This document shows, piece by piece, positions 59,080 through 64,000 of a stretch of DNA of 64,000 bases; within the stretch, counting starts at the first letter, position 1; every line of letters starts with the position of its first letter. The position numbers and the translations under genes are program-made. The notes under the pieces are model-generated. The model saw only the letters and a program-made list of their open reading frames with translations. It ran no database searches and was not told the DNA's origin. The DNA is from Takakia lepidozioides. Taxonomy: Eukaryota; Plantae; Bryophyta. The DNA lies in NCBI GenBank assembly GCA_030704615.1, contig CM060731.1, forward strand, positions 9,486,001-9,550,000, in the 5' to 3' direction.

Positions 59080-59500
59080 AATCTGACACTTTTCTGCCCC
59101 CAGTCAATGGTGGGACAATGTGGGTGGATGGTCAACTGGAAACTGCAGCGGCAACAGCGCAATTGATAGAGCAAGGCATTGCTGATGAAGGTACCTTCTT
59201 CAACACATTTCAGCCTGAGGGCACCTTCTGGTTTGACCTGTTTCAGCTTGTTTTTCCTCTCATCCTCCTCAGCCCTGAAGCATATGTATTGAATTCTGTA
59301 AGTTAGCTCGTTGGGTGGATTTGCGGTGCGTTGGAGTGACTTTGCAAGTTTAGGGCCGAGGTGGCAGCATGACAGGGAGGGGTAGCTGTTGATGCAGGGA
59401 GAGGATCGTGGGTGCAAAATCATCCAAGAGGGCCAGATTTGGAGCAAGGAACAGCGCTGGCAGGAGTTCTATAAATATGATCCACAACGGTGGGACAATA
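59080..59500 (+). pseudogene. Further PDF-motif gene fragments
   Basis: SQWWDN, WVDGQL, HPRGPDL and WQEFYKYDPQRWDN pieces homologous to 285-2450. Confidence 0.7.
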
Positions 59501-59880
59501 TTGTCAACAAGGTGAGCTTTCTTCATGCAACATCGTAGGGAGTTTGACAGAACTTTGTATTTAAATATGTTAGTGTGGAGGGAGGGGTAGCCGCTGATGC
59601 AAGGATGGACTGTGGGTTCAGGATCACCCAAGAGGGCTACCAGCAGTGGAAGTAGCAGCATTTGGTCAATAGCAGCAGCAAGAATTAGCAACGTCAAACT
59701 CATCAATCAGGTACTTGCTTCTGTATACATTTCATCCTCTTATCAACGTAGTCCCTGCTTGGACAGCCTATAGGGTTGTATAAAACAGGACTTTGGAACC
59801 TTCCAACCCGGGTGCTTTGTTATTGGTCTATCAAGGTCTGATTTGAAATGTTTTCATTGCATTTTGCAGGTGAACTCATC

Positions 59881-62800
59881 ATGGAAGAAGAGTTGGAAGT
59901 AAAAGTCCTGCTCGTTGGAGGAGATGCATCACCAAACAGGCTTGGTTCTGTGTTCACTATGCAAGGTGTCACATACAAATGCATCCGAGCAGAAATTCTA
60001 GGTGATGAGCTTGTCTTAGCAAAATTTCATTTCATTTCCATGGGGGGTAGTGTCCTTTCAGCCAAGCAAGAAGAGAGGATGGTTCTGAAAGGGGATACTG
60101 TACACATTAAGATTTCAGACCAAAACGATGGGGACCAAGGATTGAAAAGACCTCTATCTTCCAGTGGTTCTACGATCTTGCATGAGGACAGACCAGGCGA
60201 GGACCCGGCACCAGTGTCTACCAAGATGAGGATGGACCCTGATACACCCTTTGCTGGCGATGGTGGAAATGAAGACCATGCACATGAGCATGCACTTCAG
60301 CAGAGATCTGGTAGATTGTGCAGCACGTTGGCTACATCCAACGATATTCAAAAATGGCAGAAAGAGATTAGAGCCGTTGAAAGGAAAATCTCTGCAGAAG
60401 GACGATGTGACAAGTTTGAGCTGATGACAAAGGATCAACAAGGACAAGCAATGTTCCACATATGGTGTGTTGAGTGTGAGGATGTTTATGCACGGTCTGG
60501 GAAAAACAAACCATATGATGCATGTGCAAACTTTATGAGATCTCATTTGAGGAGTGAGGGGCATCGCATAGCCTATGAGAGGCGTCATGGGAAGGGTTCA
60601 TCACAATGTGTCATCAGCCCTGTAAATGCAGATGAAGCATTAGACGCAAAGAAGAACAGGGTGAAGGAGGCATTAGAGGAAGTCGCTCGGTTTTGTGAGG
60701 ACAATCCTGGAAACAGATTTGAGATTGTGGAAGCCACAATTGGAGACTATTCGCAGTTGGGTTCCATAAGGATTAGGTGCCCACTTGATTCGAAGTGGCT
60801 ACTCTTGTTTCCAAGGACAGGTTCTTTGCAATCTTCTTTGACAGAGCATGTGAAAGGAAAAACTCATGTCGATGCAGAGATTTGCCAGAAGGTTGAAAGT
60901 AGTGAAGGACCTTGCAAAAAGAGAGGAAGGCCTCCAAAGCCTATGATTGCCAAAGATGTAAAGCAACGGGATCTAAGCTCTTTCTTGGTCAGTCAACCTG
61001 TGTTGCCGTCCCCACCACTTGACAATCCAATTGTGGCATCAACAATGGGAGCATCCTCGTCACAAACTCCATACGCTTGTGTTGACGCTGCCCAACGGGG
61101 AGATCTGATCGAGGATTGACAATTACAGCAAAGGTCCCAATGCAACAAAGGAAGAGACAGTTTGTGTTGGGGCCTATGGGATGAATGGTGGGAGTACAAC
61201 CAACAGAGAATAAGTCTGAAACCATTCCTTCAAGATAGCAAGGGAGGAAAGAAGTGGTATGTCGAGCCGTTGACAAATGCAACCATCACTCTAAACAATC
61301 AAGAGCATAAGGTTGTTGGTACGTTTCGGCACGCGGATTGTTTTAGAGTGTCATTGGATGGGGAGCCATTTCCAAACTTGAGATGTTCAGCATGTTCTTC
61401 CATTCCCTTGGAAAATGACTTCAGAATGAGGGTATATAGAGAAAGATGTGCCATGGAATGTAGAGGGGAGAGAGATACTGGCAAGGGAAGAAGGTTGTCA
61501 TATCTTGGAAATGCGGAGATTGTCAAACAAGTTTACAAAAACAGACAGGAGTTGAGGCAGTTGAGGTTCAAATTGTGGGAGGCCAGGACCAAAGTGGCAT
61601 CCTTGTCTGTGCGATGTAGGAGTTTGAAGGAGTCTGGGATTGAGGCAATTGAAAGAGGAGATGTTCTCAAATTTTGTCGTGATATTGTTGATGCACATAG
61701 GAGGGGGGATTTTGAAGGAAAAGAAAGTTTGTGGGATTTTCTTGTTGATATGGGCAAGAATATTGACAGGTCTCCACAAGGGAAGAGGTATGGTACTAGC
61801 ACAAAAACAATGTTTGAGACTGTGCAGCTTTGGGGGGGTCCGAGATTGCATCATTTTTTGGCTTCAAATGTGGGGGGTCCTCTATTGATACTACAAGACG
61901 GTCTTTGAGGAAAGGTTTGAAGTATAGAGCGGGAGAAACAGATGATATATTTCAGCATGTGGCTGGAATTTACAGAGATGTGATGGAAGATGCAAATATT
62001 CCATTGGGAAGCATCCCAGTGATGGTGGCCGAAGATGAAACTGTTGTGAAGCGATTGGTACGTTGGATTGCTAGGGATGACACCCTTCTCGGGTTTTGTG
62101 GGCTTCAAGACAACCATGTATGTATTTCAAATTTTGTGGTGCAAGTGGGAGAAGGGGAATCAGGGTACAAACATATTGTGGAGGCATTCAAAAACAATGT
62201 GGTTGCCCATTATGCTAGAGTGTTGATAGCAAATCCTCTACATGTACGGTTACCTCGATTGGTATTGGTAATCCAGCTCACTTGCAATAGATTTGACAAC
62301 AATTTTGTGAGATCACAATGGGAAGTGGTGAGACAGTTGTGGGACAAATATGTGAGGGACGTGGTTGGGCCTATAATTGGGCATGCTTCAGACGGAGATA
62401 GTAGGAGGAGAAAAGTGATGTTAGAAGATTATGCCAATGGGGCTGGAAGTAGATTTTGCATCCCTTGGGAAGGATGGTTGTTTACAGGTCGAGTGTGCAA
62501 CGGGGGAGATATATACGGACTCCATGATCAGGACTTCATCCACAATGGGGAAAATTTGGTAAATCCCTTGGACAGTGCATCACGGACTTTGGTGTTGGGT
62601 GATGAGGTTGCTACATTGAATCATGTGTTATTGGTCTACCATTCATTTTCAGTGGACAAGCATGGACTTCGGGAATGTGATATCAAAAGAGAAGATCGAC
62701 AGAATTGGGCAGCAGCTCAACGACTGGCATCTCGGAAGGTGCAAGCTTGTTTGAGGGAGTTACAATCAACTGTGAATCATCGAAGAGAGAGGACCAAAGG

Positions 62801-64000
62801 TACTGAAATTTACCTATACATCATTTCATGCTACATCGACATTTTTTTGTCTCCTCACATGTCATTGTGTGAGAGGGTACAATCTGCTGCGAAGGTATCA
62901 TTTTTTTTCAGATTGTGGAAGTTGTGGCTATTCCACCACGAGGTGTATAATCTGAAATCCTTCTTCATTAGCAGGGAAGCATACTTGGATTTACAAATTT
63001 CATGCCACTACGTGGTTCTACTTATCAAATTGTTCGAGGATAAGTTTAATCATGTGCAAGTTCCTTTGAGCCTTGTTGGTTCAGATGTGTGTGAAATATT
63101 CTTCAGCAAAGTGGGAGGTATGTTACGGAATGAGAGGACATATGACGGGTGTGATTTGATTGAGAGTGCGGGAGCATTAACACGCATATCCGAGTTCGAG
63201 GCGAATCCAAAAGGACCCAAGTTCTCAAGAGCTCACAAGAAACAAGAACACATATGGTCTTCTTTGGAGAAGAAGCCAGGTATCCCCCTTGCTGATTTGT
63301 CCGACTTTTCTACTGTCCAATTGGATGATTGCATTGTGGAGGCTTTGAAAACTGGATTTCTAGAAGCGCAACTTTTATGCCATAAACTTGGGATGAAACC
63401 AAACAAAGCAACAAACTTGGATTGGTGGAATGAGCCATGGACAATTGAGAGACAAATGGAGGTCGAGCTATTCAAAAGCATGGAAGAGGAGGGTGATGAT
63501 GTCAATGCCATAGATTCTATTTGTCCTCTTAATGCAGACACACATATTCAAAATGAGGTCGTGGAAGATGAATTGGTGTGCGGGCATTCGAATTCAATGG
63601 AGGATGTTTTGAGCCAACCTTTGGATGATCATGCGGAAGAGGTACTTGTTCAAAGTGAATTGAGACATACTCTGGATGCTGTCATTGATGAGTTTGAACA
63701 AGAGAAAGATGGATCGAAGGCAGTGGTTCCATTTGTCAAAGTAGACGGGAAGACCATATTCAAAAGCACTTTGGTTAGCCAACTCAATGGCAACCCTACT
63801 CTATCCAAGGATAGATTGACACGAGTAAGAAGTGCATCGATGTTGTTTTGCCGAGAAAACAAACCAACTACCAACAACAAAGCCACGAGCTTGGGATTGG
63901 GTTCGGATTGTGCTGTATTTTTTGTTGATGGGGAGACTGCGATCCAAACTACAAACAGGAAAAGTAGACCAGGGAAAACCTGCAGAGGAGCAACCAAAGG
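59881..64000 (+). mobile_element. Large P-element-like DDE transposase gene (partial; one stop, one frameshift)
   Basis: Two C/H zinc-finger-like motifs and an AT-hook-like KRGRPPK. An unbroken ~700-codon frame from ~61881 to the window end carries AEDET (~62030), ASDGDSRRR (~62390), DQDFIHN (~62530), DRQNW (~62695) and GSDVCEIFFS (~63080). It is missing from the ORF track because it has no stop in the window. Confidence 0.7.

Overview
Eukaryotic land-plant DNA, probably from a non-seed plant (PLS-type PPR relics, GT-AG introns); the lineage is my inference. There is one intact host gene, the 7-exon GPAA1 on the minus strand (7193-12064). Almost everything else is nested, decayed mobile DNA. 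The central ~30 kb can be rebuilt by flipping back one ~17.6 kb inversion (19151-36732). That gives an L1 ORF1 abutting a Ty3/Gypsy element that carries a dUTPase-like domain. Its gag was interrupted by a ~14.7 kb hAT transposon (8-bp TSD) carrying a transposase, a RING-H2 gene and a protein-kinase gene, each preceded by an array of the same palindrome. A second Ty3/Gypsy element (DDE integrase plus PHD finger) inserted into that hAT with a 4-bp TSD. Its termini are not ordinary LTRs but Ngaro/PAT-like split direct repeats (A1...B1-A2-B2), with a palindromic GACA-GC-TGTC junction and an apparent self-priming PBS. This is the most unusual system in the window. Also present: decayed OSB(PDF-motif)-PPR fusion gene pieces at both ends, an intron-containing ABCC fragment between CRE-like RT pieces, a LINE fragment amplified into a ~750-bp tandem array, and a large P-element-like transposase running off the right edge. 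All alignments and translations were done by eye; no database searches were run.
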